From NCBI GenBank assembly GCA_963771465.1, contig CAVYTU010000016.1:125317-189316 (forward strand): 64,000 nt of DNA, written 5' to 3'. This DNA comes from an uncultured delta proteobacterium. GTDB taxonomy: Bacteria; Desulfobacterota; Binatia; UBA9968. The notes under the pieces were generated by a model. It was not told the origin of the DNA. It did no database searches and was given only the letters and a program-made list of their open reading frames with translations. Shown here piece by piece: positions 1-9,172 of this stretch; the first letter of the stretch is position 1; each line of letters starts with the position of its first letter. The translations under genes and the position numbers were made by a program.

Positions 1-116
1 ATGCTTCTGGTCATCGTGCGATTCTTGGCAAGCCGTGAAGCTTGTTATACAGTCCGGCCTAGTTCGCGGAACATTTTTTCCGCGCACGGCGCAACAGCCA
101 GGGCAGGGGGATTCGT

Positions 117-1148
117 ATGGAAGTAAAGTCGGTCAAGGAACGGAACACCGAATTGATGATGCATAGCGTCAAGTTCGCCAAAGACGAACAGGCGCGGCGC
201 AAGGGGCAGGAGATTCTTTTCAAATGGCCGGATATCGAGAAGCAACTGGGCGAGCATAAACATATTTACGTCGTCGACGCGCGGCTCGGTTCGAACAATC
301 ACACCCATCGCCTTTGGTACGATGTCATTCCGCCGCACACGGAGGAAGGCCAGGAATGGCGCACCCTCGGCCATCGCCACACAGTAGAAGCGATCATTTA
401 TTTTCTTAAAGGCCACGGCCACAGCATCATCGACGGCGTACGCTACGACTGGGGACCGGGCGATTTGTTGAGCGTGCCGATGTTTTCTTGGCACCGCCAT
501 GTCAACGACGGCGATGAGCCGGTGCTGCGCATCGCGTCGACCACAGGACCGTTGTCATTGGGCTTGGGTCAAGCGGTTTACGAAGACGAACGCTATCCTG
601 AGTTCTGGGTTTATGCTCAGGAAGGCGAGGACGCGCGCAAAACATTGATCCCAGGCGGCGGATCGGCCGAAACCGGCAAGGTGGCCAACAACCGCGCCGC
701 GGAAATGTACGCCGAGCAGGTCGGTTTCGCCATGCACGAAGAACAGCTCAGGCGGAACAGCAAAGTTTTGGTGAAACAGAAAGACCTGGTTTTCGAGCCG
801 ACAGCCATGGGCAACGTCGCTTACGTCGTCGATCCGCGCATCGGTTTTCACAGCAAGGCTCTTGGCGTGGTCATGGCGGAAATACCTCCCGGCAAACGCT
901 CCGGCGCCCATCGGCATCTTTACGATGAAATCGATTTGATCGTCGGCGGCAAGGGCAAAGTGATCGTCGAAGACAAGTCGTTCGATTTCGACACCCTGGA
1001 CGTGCTGTCGATTCCCGTCTTTCAGTGGCATCAATATTTCAACACCGGCACCGAGCCACTGCGCATTCTCGGTATCAACACGCGGCTAGCGATGGACAAT
1101 CTCGGTTTGTCGTTGACGCACCAGGGCGAGAAGGCGGATTATGTCTGA
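117..1148 (+). CDS. Bicupin protein (gentisate 1,2-dioxygenase-like superfamily)
   Basis: Two cupin motifs, GHRHTVEAIIY..GDLLSVPMFSWHRH and AHRHLYDE..DVLSIPVFQWHQY; G-rich RBS-like run upstream. Confidence 0.85.
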   Translation: MEVKSVKERNTELMMHSVKFAKDEQARRKGQEILFKWPDIEKQLGEHKHIYVVDARLGSNNHTHRLWYDVIPPHTEEGQEWRTLGHRHTVEAIIYFLKGHGHSIIDGVRYDWGPGDLLSVPMFSWHRHVNDGDEPVLRIASTTGPLSLGLGQAVYEDERYPEFWVYAQEGEDARKTLIPGGGSAETGKVANNRAAEMYAEQVGFAMHEEQLRRNSKVLVKQKDLVFEPTAMGNVAYVVDPRIGFHSKALGVVMAEIPPGKRSGAHRHLYDEIDLIVGGKGKVIVEDKSFDFDTLDVLSIPVFQWHQYFNTGTEPLRILGINTRLAMDNLGLSLTHQGEKADYV

Positions 1149-1180
1149 GTTGGGCTGCGATTAGATGATAAAACGAAACC

Positions 1181-1225
1181 TGTTCACAGCGTTCAAAATG
1201 TTCACGTCGATCAAAACGTTTTAAG
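1181..1225. repeat. 9-bp-period CGTTCAAnn tandem repeat (family A)
   Basis: TGTTCACAG CGTTCAAAA TGTTCACGT CGATCAAAA CGTTTTAAG. Confidence 0.7.
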
Positions 1226-1240
1226 CTAGGGGAGACTCCG

Positions 1241-2392
1241 GTGGAAGTTAAATTTGGTTTGTTTAGTTGCGATTCCCACGCGCAGTTGGACCGTGACGCG
1301 TGGACCAAGCGGATGTCGAAGGACAAGTGGGGCGATCGGATTCCGCAGATCGTCGAGGTTAACGAGGACGGCAAGACCGTGGACCGATGGATCGTCAACG
1401 GCAAGGTGCGCACTGAATGGGTGTGCAACTGTCCGGCGGCGATGGAAGGCGGCGTGGCGCGCGGTTATTATCCGCGGCGCTGGGAAGAGGTGCCGAAGAT
1501 CGTTTACGATCCGGCCCAGCGCTTGAAAGCGTTGGATGACGATCGCGTCGACGGCGAGGTGCTTTATCCCAACGGCCCGGTGTCGAATTTTGCCTTTCTC
1601 CAAGCCGACGCCGAGTTCGAGCTGGCTTGTGTGCGAGCGTACAACGACGCGCTGGCCGAGTGGCGCGAAGTGAGCGACCGCTATGTTCCCATGGCGATTA
1701 TTCCCTACATGAACGAGATTGACGTAGTTGTCGCCGAAGTCGAGCACGCGGTTAAGCGCGGCCATCGCGGCGTGGTCATGCTCGCCGAGCCGGCTTTCAC
1801 CAAGAAAGGCTTGAAGCGCATGAACGATCCCTACTGGGAACCGCTCTGGGCCTGTTGCCAAGACTTGGGCATTCCCATGCACTGGCATGGTTCGTCCGGC
1901 TTGACTCAGCAGCTGTCTTTGCCGAAGTGGGATGGCTTCTCAAAAAAGGAAATGCATACGGTTTCCACTTCGCGCCTGTGCGCGACGCCGGCGCAGCTGA
2001 TTCCAAACTTGATCTTCTCCGGAATCCTCGACCGCTATCCGCGCCTCAATTGGGCCTGCGCCGAGACCGGGTTCGGTTGGGTTAGTTACGTGCTCGAGGC
2101 GAGCGATCACGAGTGGGAGCAGCGTCAGCTGTGGAAGGAAGGGGTCAAGACAAAACCGAGCGAAGTATTTCGCCGGCAGATCTACGTCGACTTCTGGTAT
2201 GAGAAGGCGGGTATCGAACTGCGCGAGCTAGTCGGCGTCGACAATATTATGTGGGAGTCGGACTATCCGCATATCGCCGCGACCTATCCCAAGTCTTGGA
2301 GTTTCGTCGAAGACTCGCTCGTCGGCGTGCCGGAAGACGAGCGCAAGAAGTTGTGTTATGGCAACGCGATGAGGCTCTACGGGCTTACGTAG
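1241..2392 (+). CDS. Amidohydrolase_2 family protein (type A, intact catalytic motif)
   Basis: SCDSH, HWHG, ETG, WESDYPH and GNAMRLYG motifs; GGGGAG RBS before the GTG start. Confidence 0.92.
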   Translation: MEVKFGLFSCDSHAQLDRDAWTKRMSKDKWGDRIPQIVEVNEDGKTVDRWIVNGKVRTEWVCNCPAAMEGGVARGYYPRRWEEVPKIVYDPAQRLKALDDDRVDGEVLYPNGPVSNFAFLQADAEFELACVRAYNDALAEWREVSDRYVPMAIIPYMNEIDVVVAEVEHAVKRGHRGVVMLAEPAFTKKGLKRMNDPYWEPLWACCQDLGIPMHWHGSSGLTQQLSLPKWDGFSKKEMHTVSTSRLCATPAQLIPNLIFSGILDRYPRLNWACAETGFGWVSYVLEASDHEWEQRQLWKEGVKTKPSEVFRRQIYVDFWYEKAGIELRELVGVDNIMWESDYPHIAATYPKSWSFVEDSLVGVPEDERKKLCYGNAMRLYGLT

Positions 2393-2454
2393 AATCACCA
2401 TGGTGCAACAATCACTAAAGCCGAGCATGACAACCAAAGAGAAGTAACATCACA

Positions 2455-3594
2455 ATGAACAATAGTTTTATCAGCGTCGATGAACATGTCCAGGAACATC
2501 CCGAGGTCTGGATCAAAAGAATGTCGCGGGCCAAGTGGGGTGAGCGGATTCCGCATGTTGAGCACAGTTCAAACGGCGTCGAGAGTTGGGTCGTCGACGG
2601 TCGGAAGATCGATCTAGCCGGCGTCGCCGATTGCGGCGCGGCGATGGCGGATCGGACGCAAAACCCGCAGCGTTGGGCCGACGTGCCGGCGGCGGTCTAT
2701 GATCCGAAGGAACGATTGAAGGCGATGGATGCGGCCGGCATCGATTACGCGGTGCTTTATCCGACCGTCGCCGGCGTCGGCGGACAATCGTTTGGGCGTA
2801 TGGAAGATCGAGAGTTAGAGCTCGCCTGCGTGCAAGCGTACAACGACTGGCTGCTCGAAGAGTGGGGCGGCGCGAGTGAACGATTTGTTTCGCAGTGCAT
2901 CACACCGCTCGGTCCGGTTGACGCCGTCGTCAAAGAAATTCGCCGCTGTGTGGCCAAGGGTCATCGCGGCGTGATTTATCCATCGATCCCCATGGAGCTG
3001 CGCGACGTGCCGCATATCAACGATTCGACCTATGATCCGATCTGGGCGACTTGCCAGGAATTGGCCGTGCCGATCTGTTTTCATGCCGGCGCTTCGAGCC
3101 AGATACAGATTCCCGCTTACGAAGGCTATTCACCGGCGTTGGCGGCGGCGGTTCAGTCGATCACCCGGCCGGCGAGCTCGGTGTCGGTGTTGGTGAATCT
3201 TTTGATCTCGAAAATTCTCATGCGCTTTCCGCAATTGAAAGTCGTACTCGCCGAGAGCGGTCTGGGCTGGGGCGCATACTTGTTGGAGTACACCGATTTT
3301 CAAGCCACCGGCGATCAGTTGCCGCAAAACGGCTACGATCTCATGCCGTCGGAGTTGTTCAAGCGGCAGTGTTACCTGGTCGGCTGGTACGATAAAGCTA
3401 GTTTGCGTGTGCGCCGTTACGTCGGCACGGAAAATATTCTCTGGTCGAGCCAGTTTCCACAGGCGACGTCGACGTGGCCGAAGACTCAGGAAAGTTTAGC
3501 GCAAAGTTTCGAAGGCGTGGATGAAGGCGACAAGCAAAAGATCCTTTGGGAAAACGCGGCGAAGTTATATAAGATTGCCAAGCGTAGAATTTGA
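2455..3594 (+). CDS. Amidohydrolase_2 family protein (type B, catalytic Asp absent)
   Basis: SVDEH, FHAG, ENAAKLY; WSSQFPQ replaces WxxDxPH. Confidence 0.9.
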   Translation: MNNSFISVDEHVQEHPEVWIKRMSRAKWGERIPHVEHSSNGVESWVVDGRKIDLAGVADCGAAMADRTQNPQRWADVPAAVYDPKERLKAMDAAGIDYAVLYPTVAGVGGQSFGRMEDRELELACVQAYNDWLLEEWGGASERFVSQCITPLGPVDAVVKEIRRCVAKGHRGVIYPSIPMELRDVPHINDSTYDPIWATCQELAVPICFHAGASSQIQIPAYEGYSPALAAAVQSITRPASSVSVLVNLLISKILMRFPQLKVVLAESGLGWGAYLLEYTDFQATGDQLPQNGYDLMPSELFKRQCYLVGWYDKASLRVRRYVGTENILWSSQFPQATSTWPKTQESLAQSFEGVDEGDKQKILWENAAKLYKIAKRRI

Positions 3595-3606
3595 GTTGGA
3601 GCGATC

Positions 3607-4287
3607 ATGTCTCATTGGCCTAAAATACGTCCGACCATCGATGCAATGGTCAACCAGCAGTTCGACACGCCGGAATTCAAAAAACTCTTCGCGGTGCCGC
3701 TGACGGCGCAACGGATCAAAGTCTATCAAAACCACATGACTTTCTATGCCAACAACCGGCGCGATTGTTGGGCGTTTGTCGCCGGCAAGGCGCCGCTCGA
3801 CGTCAAGCGCGCCATCTGGGCGCATGAGAAAGACGAGTTGATCCACGACGAGCGCATGGGGCGCGCGCATGTGACGGAGGATGACTTGCAGGCCGGCGAT
3901 GAGTCTTTGTTGGCTCCCGGCGCCAAGGCGGCATACTATGCCTGGCTATATTGCGCACGTGAAAAGCCTTGGCTCGAAGGGCTCGTCTATTCGCATATTC
4001 TCGAGCGGCGCAACAACAACGCCATCGTCAAAGGCGGCGGATTGGTCGAGCGCTGGAAGCGCAAGCAACGGGCCGAGCTGGGTGAAAAAACCGCCGCGAG
4101 GGATTTCCAAACCGAAGTGCACGCCATCGCCGACGAAGATCACTCGGATATCTTCGAGCCGATCTTTGTGCGCCATATCGATAGCGAAGCGGCCGCGCAG
4201 GCGGTGCTGGCGGCAACGCGGGACGGTCTGGTGATCGACCGCGCATTGCGCGGCGCACTGGCGGATGCGATGTTGGCGGTGGAGTGA
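3607..4287 (+). CDS. Heme-oxygenase-like diiron enzyme (CADD/PqqC/TenA fold)
   Basis: HEKDEL..AH, ILE and HAIADEDH (H-x3-D-x2-H) match the CADD-type iron ligand pattern; GGAG RBS. Confidence 0.72.
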   Translation: MSHWPKIRPTIDAMVNQQFDTPEFKKLFAVPLTAQRIKVYQNHMTFYANNRRDCWAFVAGKAPLDVKRAIWAHEKDELIHDERMGRAHVTEDDLQAGDESLLAPGAKAAYYAWLYCAREKPWLEGLVYSHILERRNNNAIVKGGGLVERWKRKQRAELGEKTAARDFQTEVHAIADEDHSDIFEPIFVRHIDSEAAAQAVLAATRDGLVIDRALRGALADAMLAVE

Positions 4288-4437
4288 TTTTTTATGATGG
4301 CATTTGCATTCGAGGTGTTCGATTCCTTTGCCTGGACGGGGAAAGCATCGGATTCGGATGGAGAAGAATGAGATTCGCGTCGTTAAACAATTCGTCAGTA
4401 ACTCAAATAGCACAGCAAAATGAGGAGGAGACTAATC

Positions 4438-5530
4438 ATGGCAGACACACCGGTTAATGCCGAGCAAGAAGTAAAAGAAAGAGTTGCGTACAAGTCGCCC
4501 TACGAGCAGTGGAAGGAAGTCGGAAGGATTGCAGACCTATCGCGGCTTGGCGATCAAAAATCTCTATGAGCTTGAATTGTCGCCGTGGAAGTCGAGCGGC
4601 GCGGGCTCGGCGGCATTCTTGAATTTGGAAGGCACAGGCGGATTCAACGACTCCTACGTCGCGGAAATTCCTCCCGGCAAATCGCTCAAATCGCATCGGC
4701 ATTTGTTCGAGGAAACGATTTACATTCTTAAAGGCCAAGGCGCGACTTCGGTTTGGATCGATCCGGCCAAGAAAGAGACCTTCGAGTGGCAGGAGGGAAG
4801 TTATTTTTCGATTCCGATGAACGCTTGGCATGAGCATCATAATGCTTCGGGCTTGGACTCCGCGCGCTACATCGCCATGACCAGCGCGCCGCGGGTGATC
4901 GATACGTTCAACAACTACGAATTCGTTTTCGACAACCCGTTCGTTTTCAAAGACCGCTACAACTCGGAGGAAGGCTACTTCAAACAAAAAGCGCCGGCAC
5001 AGCAGTGGTCGACTAACTTCGTCGCCGACGTGCGCGTGTGCCAGACTTACTCCGGCGGCTTTGACCGCGGCGGCGGCGCCAAGAGCACGGTGTTTCGCAT
5101 GGTCAATCAGACGGTCAAGTCGCATGTCTCGCTCTGGGGCGTGGGCGCGTACAAGAAGGCGCACCGCCACGGTCCCGGCATTCATGTTCTGATCATCCGA
5201 GGCCACGGCTATTCGATCATGTGGAATGAAGGCAAACCGTGGGAGCGTGTCGAGTGGGGACCGGGCAGCGTGTTCGTGCCGCCGGAAATGTGGTTCCATC
5301 AGCATTTCAACGGCAGCGCCGAGCCGGTGTTTTTCCTCGCCATCGGTTGGGGCAGCGACAAGCCGAAAGCGGGCGGCAAGGCGTACATTTATAAGAGCGT
5401 CAAAGAAGGCGGCGATCAGATCGAGTACGAGGACGAAGACCCGAAAATGCATGCCGAGTTCGAAGTCGCGATGAAGCAAGCCGGCGCGCGCTGCAAGATG
5501 GATTATCATCCTCACTGCACGATGAAGTGA
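4438..5530 (+). CDS. Bicupin protein, frameshift near 4515
   Basis: GAGGAGG RBS before ATG 4438 (MADTPVNAEQEVKERVAYKSPYEQWK), continuing in the 4484 frame; HRHLFEE..WHEH and HRHGPG..WFHQH cupin motifs. Confidence 0.82.
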
Positions 5531-5573
5531 TTTTTCAGTCGATGATCGAAGATCGATGAATCGAGGATGGCTG

Positions 5574-6668
5574 ATGACGCATCAAGAGATTGCGGTCTCA
5601 ATTGCGGTTACCGCTGTTGTTCGTTGACGTGCGTGGCATGTTGTCAGTCGCACAATCGGCGTCCATCGAAGCGCTTTTCAGCGAGATCAACAAGCTGCCG
5701 GCGCCGCAGCGCCAGAAGCGGCTCGAAGACGGCGCGCGCAAAGAGGGCGCGTTTAAATTTTACGGCATCTCCAATGCCGCTCTGCTCGACGCCTACTACC
5801 GCCGGTTTCATGCAAACGATATCCGTTCATTAAAGCTGAGTTCTGGCGCGGCAGCGGCAACAAGTTGGTGTTTCGCACATTGACCGAACATCGCGCCGGT
5901 CAGTTGGATACCGACGCGGTGTTGGTCGGCACGGAAAACGTTATGACGCTCAAGCGCTCGGGCATCTGGGCGCGCTACCATTCGCCGGAGTCGGTAAATT
6001 TCGCCAAAGAGTTCACGGATAAGGACGGCTACTGGCATGCCGATAGTTTGGGCGTATCGACGCTCGCTTACAATACCAAGCTGGTCAGGAAAGAAGAGGC
6101 GCCGAAGGGATACGACGATCTCTTCGAGCCAAGTGGAAGGGCAGCTCTTTCCATCGACATGGAACCCGAGCGGGCGTTGATGGGCTGGTTGACCGCCTGG
6201 GGCGAGCAGAAAACTCGCGCCTTTGTCGAGAGATTGATTAAACATGGCGCCGTCGTACGGCGCGGCCACACTTTGCAAGCGCAACTGATGTGTGCCGGCG
6301 AGTTCAAAGTCGCCGTGGAGATATATCCCGACGGGATTTTGCGCATGAAGCAAGACGGCTGTCCGGCGGCGATCTGGTTTTTCCCAACCCGACGCCGGCG
6401 CATATCAGCGGCGCCATCGGCATCTACGTCAACACCTCGCGTCCCCACGCCGCGGCGCTTATTCATCGACTTCATGAAGTCGGCCGAAGGCGCGAAAATA
6501 CTCGCGTCGACCGGCCGACTCTCAGGCCGCAAAGGCGTCAAGTCGTTGTATGACGATCTCAATAATCTCGAAGAACGCGGCATTCCGCTGCTGGTCGTCG
6601 GACCCGAGCAGTCCGAGCTGGTGGCGAAGCCAATGGAACGAATCATGAAAGATATTCTCGTACCGTAG
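5574..6668 (+). CDS. ABC-type extracellular solute-binding protein (Fe/thiamine/AfuA-like), several frameshifts
   Basis: Pieces in different frames (QRQKRLEDGARKEG, TEHRAGQLDTDAV, AYNTKLV..APKGYDDL, RPHAAALxIDF) are homologous to the intact 53839-54906 gene. Confidence 0.75.
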
Positions 6669-6762
6669 CTCGTGTCGTGTCCGTGACTCGTGGTCGTCGG
6701 ATCACGAGGTTTGTGCAAAGGCGCGGAGAACGCCAAGTGACCAATTAGCCAACTTTATGTGA

Positions 6763-6849
6763 TTTTCACCACGAAGGACACGAAGAGCACGAAGTGCGGA
6801 AAATAATTATCCGAACCCTTCGTGTCCTTCGTGCTCTTCGTGGTGAAAA
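6763..6849. repeat. Inverted repeat with 9-bp-period CACGAAG arms
   Basis: TTTTCACCACGAAGGACACGAAGAGCACGAAG, 23-nt spacer, CTTCGTGTCCTTCGTGCTCTTCGTGGTGAAAA. Confidence 0.9.
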
Positions 6850-6888
6850 ATCGATCTGCGCTAAGACGATCGAGGAGGAACCGTTTCG

Positions 6889-8052
6889 ATGTCCCGTCGG
6901 TACGCTTATTTTTCCGCTGACAGCCACTTCGAACGGCTACCGGAAACGTGGACGCACCGGGTGCCCGCGAAGTATCGCGACCGCGCGCCGCGACGGATCA
7001 AGCTTGCCGACGGGCGAGACGCCATTATCGAGGAGGGCCAGCCGCTCGAATATCGCGGGACCAATTTGTTTGCCGGAAAAGGCGCCGAGAATTTCAATCC
7101 GACGCATCTCGACTTTGAAAACGCGGTCGGCGCCGGCTCGCCGCAACAACGATTGCAGGAACAAGATGCCGACGGCATCGACGGCGAGCTATTGTTCGCC
7201 AGCGAGGCGCGCAACACCAAGATCAAAGACCGGGACGCGTTTATGGCCATCGTTCAGGCTTTCAACGATTACTTCATCGAGGAATATTGCGCCGTCGATC
7301 GCGACCGGTTGATCGGCGTGGCGGTTATGCCTGACATCGGCGCGGAGGAAAACGTCGCCGAAATGAAACGCTGCAAGGAAAAAGGTTTCAAAGCGGTGCG
7401 CCTGCATACTTTTCCCAGCGGCAAGAGTTTTCCGACGCCGGAAGATGACAACTTCTGGGCCGCGGCGCTCGAACTCGACATGCCCGTGACGATCCACACG
7501 TCGTTTCCGCGCCGGACCGATGAGCGCGACGTTTACTTGATGAAATATCCGAAAGATCCCCAGGGTGAAGACCGGCCATTCGATTTTCTCCAGCGCCTGG
7601 CGCGCCAAGGCATCTATCATTGCGGCGCGGTGGAAGCGACACAGTTGATCTTCACCGGTGTGTTCGACCGCTTTCCCAAGCTGCAAGTCTTTTGGGCGGA
7701 GAACAACATCGGTTGGATTCCTTACTTCTACCAGCAGATCGATCAGACCTATAAAGTGAACCGCCATTGGGCCGACAAGCTGCTCGGCCTGCCCAAACTC
7801 AAGAAACTGCCGAGCGAATATTTGCGCGAGCATGCTCACTGGGGGGTCTTCGACGATCCCATCGGCATCGAACTGCGCCATAGGGTCGGCGTCGACCGAG
7901 TCATGTGGTCGACCGACTTCCCGCACATCGTCACGCGCTGGCCAAAATCTCTGGAACTGATGGAAGAACAGTTCGCCGGCGTGCCTGAGAATGAGAAACA
8001 GGCGATGGTGGCGGGAAACGCGGTGAAGTTTTTTCATCTCGACGCCGCGTAA
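6889..8052 (+). CDS. Amidohydrolase_2 family protein
   Basis: SADSH, TIHT, WSTDFPH and GNAVKFF motifs; GAGGAGG RBS. Confidence 0.92.
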   Translation: MSRRYAYFSADSHFERLPETWTHRVPAKYRDRAPRRIKLADGRDAIIEEGQPLEYRGTNLFAGKGAENFNPTHLDFENAVGAGSPQQRLQEQDADGIDGELLFASEARNTKIKDRDAFMAIVQAFNDYFIEEYCAVDRDRLIGVAVMPDIGAEENVAEMKRCKEKGFKAVRLHTFPSGKSFPTPEDDNFWAAALELDMPVTIHTSFPRRTDERDVYLMKYPKDPQGEDRPFDFLQRLARQGIYHCGAVEATQLIFTGVFDRFPKLQVFWAENNIGWIPYFYQQIDQTYKVNRHWADKLLGLPKLKKLPSEYLREHAHWGVFDDPIGIELRHRVGVDRVMWSTDFPHIVTRWPKSLELMEEQFAGVPENEKQAMVAGNAVKFFHLDAA

Positions 8053-8065
8053 GAGTTTCGGAATG

Positions 8066-8093
8066 TCTCGCGCAAAGGCGCAACGCAGCCAAG
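8066..8093. repeat. CGCAAAG-type short periodic repeat (family C)
   Basis: TCTCGCGCAAAGGCG is shared with 18039-18053; related motifs occur at 10561 and 61551-61609. Confidence 0.55.
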
Positions 8094-8135
8094 TTCGCCA
8101 GCAGTTTTCCCTCCATGTGATGGATAATTAACATC

Positions 8136-9098
8136 GTGAATCTGGCACCGGCAATTTTGCTCTTCCTTCTTGTGTTTGTCTCAACCGTCGACGCGCGTAA
8201 GGTTTCCGTCGGCGTGCCGGTGCTCGATGTCACCATGAGCCCGTTGTTCATTGCCAAGGATCGCGGCTATTTCCAGAAGGAAGGGCTCGAAGTCGATCTC
8301 GTGCTCATGCGCGGCGGCGTGAGCAATCAGGCGCTGATTGCGGGTGGAGTCGAGTTTTCCACGGTGCCGACGGCCGGTCTGCAGGCGGCGCTGCAAGGCG
8401 CTCCGCTCAAGGTTATCTTCAGCGCATACCTCAAGCCGATATTTTGGCTCTATGCCCGTCCCGAAGTGCGCAATGTGAAGGATCTCACTGGCAAGAAAGT
8501 GGCGGTATCGAGTCTCGGCGCGGCAGGCGACGCGGCGTTGCGCGAGCTGTTTAAGAAAAACGGCATGGACGAAAATCGCGATGTGGCGATCCTTGCCATC
8601 GGCACCACGGCGACGCGACTGAGCGCACTGTCAAGCAACGTCGTCGACGCGGCGATGATGACATTCCCGCACAATATCACCGCCGCGGAGCAGGGCTTTC
8701 GCGAGCTGGTGTCATTCATCGCGTCGGACATCATTCAGCTTCAAGGCACTATCGTGGCGCGCGATCAGTTGCTGCAAAACGATCCTGTCCTGGTTGATAA
8801 ATTCTTGCGCGCGACGATCAAAGGGTTCATTTCATACACGGCCAATCGCGGCGGCGCGGTGTCGGTGCTGGCGAGGAATGTAAAAACTACTGAAGAGCTG
8901 GCGGCGAGGATCTACGATCTGGTGCGGCCGGCGGTCGCGCCTGAAGGTCTATTGAGTGAAGATTTGCAAAAACGGGTGATGATGCCGCTGTTGGAACGCA
9001 TTGGGCGCAAGGAATTGCCGGCGCTGAACCGCTATTTCGACTTCAGCATGACGCGAAAAATCAATGCGGAGCTGAAGACGGAGGGATGGAGGCCGTGA
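8136..9098 (+). CDS. NMT1/THI5/SsuA-like ABC substrate-binding protein
   Basis: Signal peptide; IAKDRGYFQKEGLEV and DLTGKKVAVS motifs. Confidence 0.9.
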   Translation: MNLAPAILLFLLVFVSTVDARKVSVGVPVLDVTMSPLFIAKDRGYFQKEGLEVDLVLMRGGVSNQALIAGGVEFSTVPTAGLQAALQGAPLKVIFSAYLKPIFWLYARPEVRNVKDLTGKKVAVSSLGAAGDAALRELFKKNGMDENRDVAILAIGTTATRLSALSSNVVDAAMMTFPHNITAAEQGFRELVSFIASDIIQLQGTIVARDQLLQNDPVLVDKFLRATIKGFISYTANRGGAVSVLARNVKTTEELAARIYDLVRPAVAPEGLLSEDLQKRVMMPLLERIGRKELPALNRYFDFSMTRKINAELKTEGWRP

Positions 9099-9104
9099 AT
9101 TAGG

Positions 9105-9131
9105 AGTTCAAATCGTTCAAGCAGTTCAATT
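9105..9131. repeat. Family A 9-bp repeat
   Basis: AGTTCAAAT CGTTCAAGC AGTTCAATT. Confidence 0.7.
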
Positions 9132-9136
9132 TCGAT

Positions 9137-9172
9137 CTCCTCGCCCGCTCGCGGGAGTGGGCAGGATGAAGG
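9137..9172. repeat. REP-like palindrome between convergent genes
   Basis: CTCCTCGCCCGCTCGCGGGAGTGGGCAGGATGAAGG contains a CCCGC-TC-GCGGG hairpin. Confidence 0.5.
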
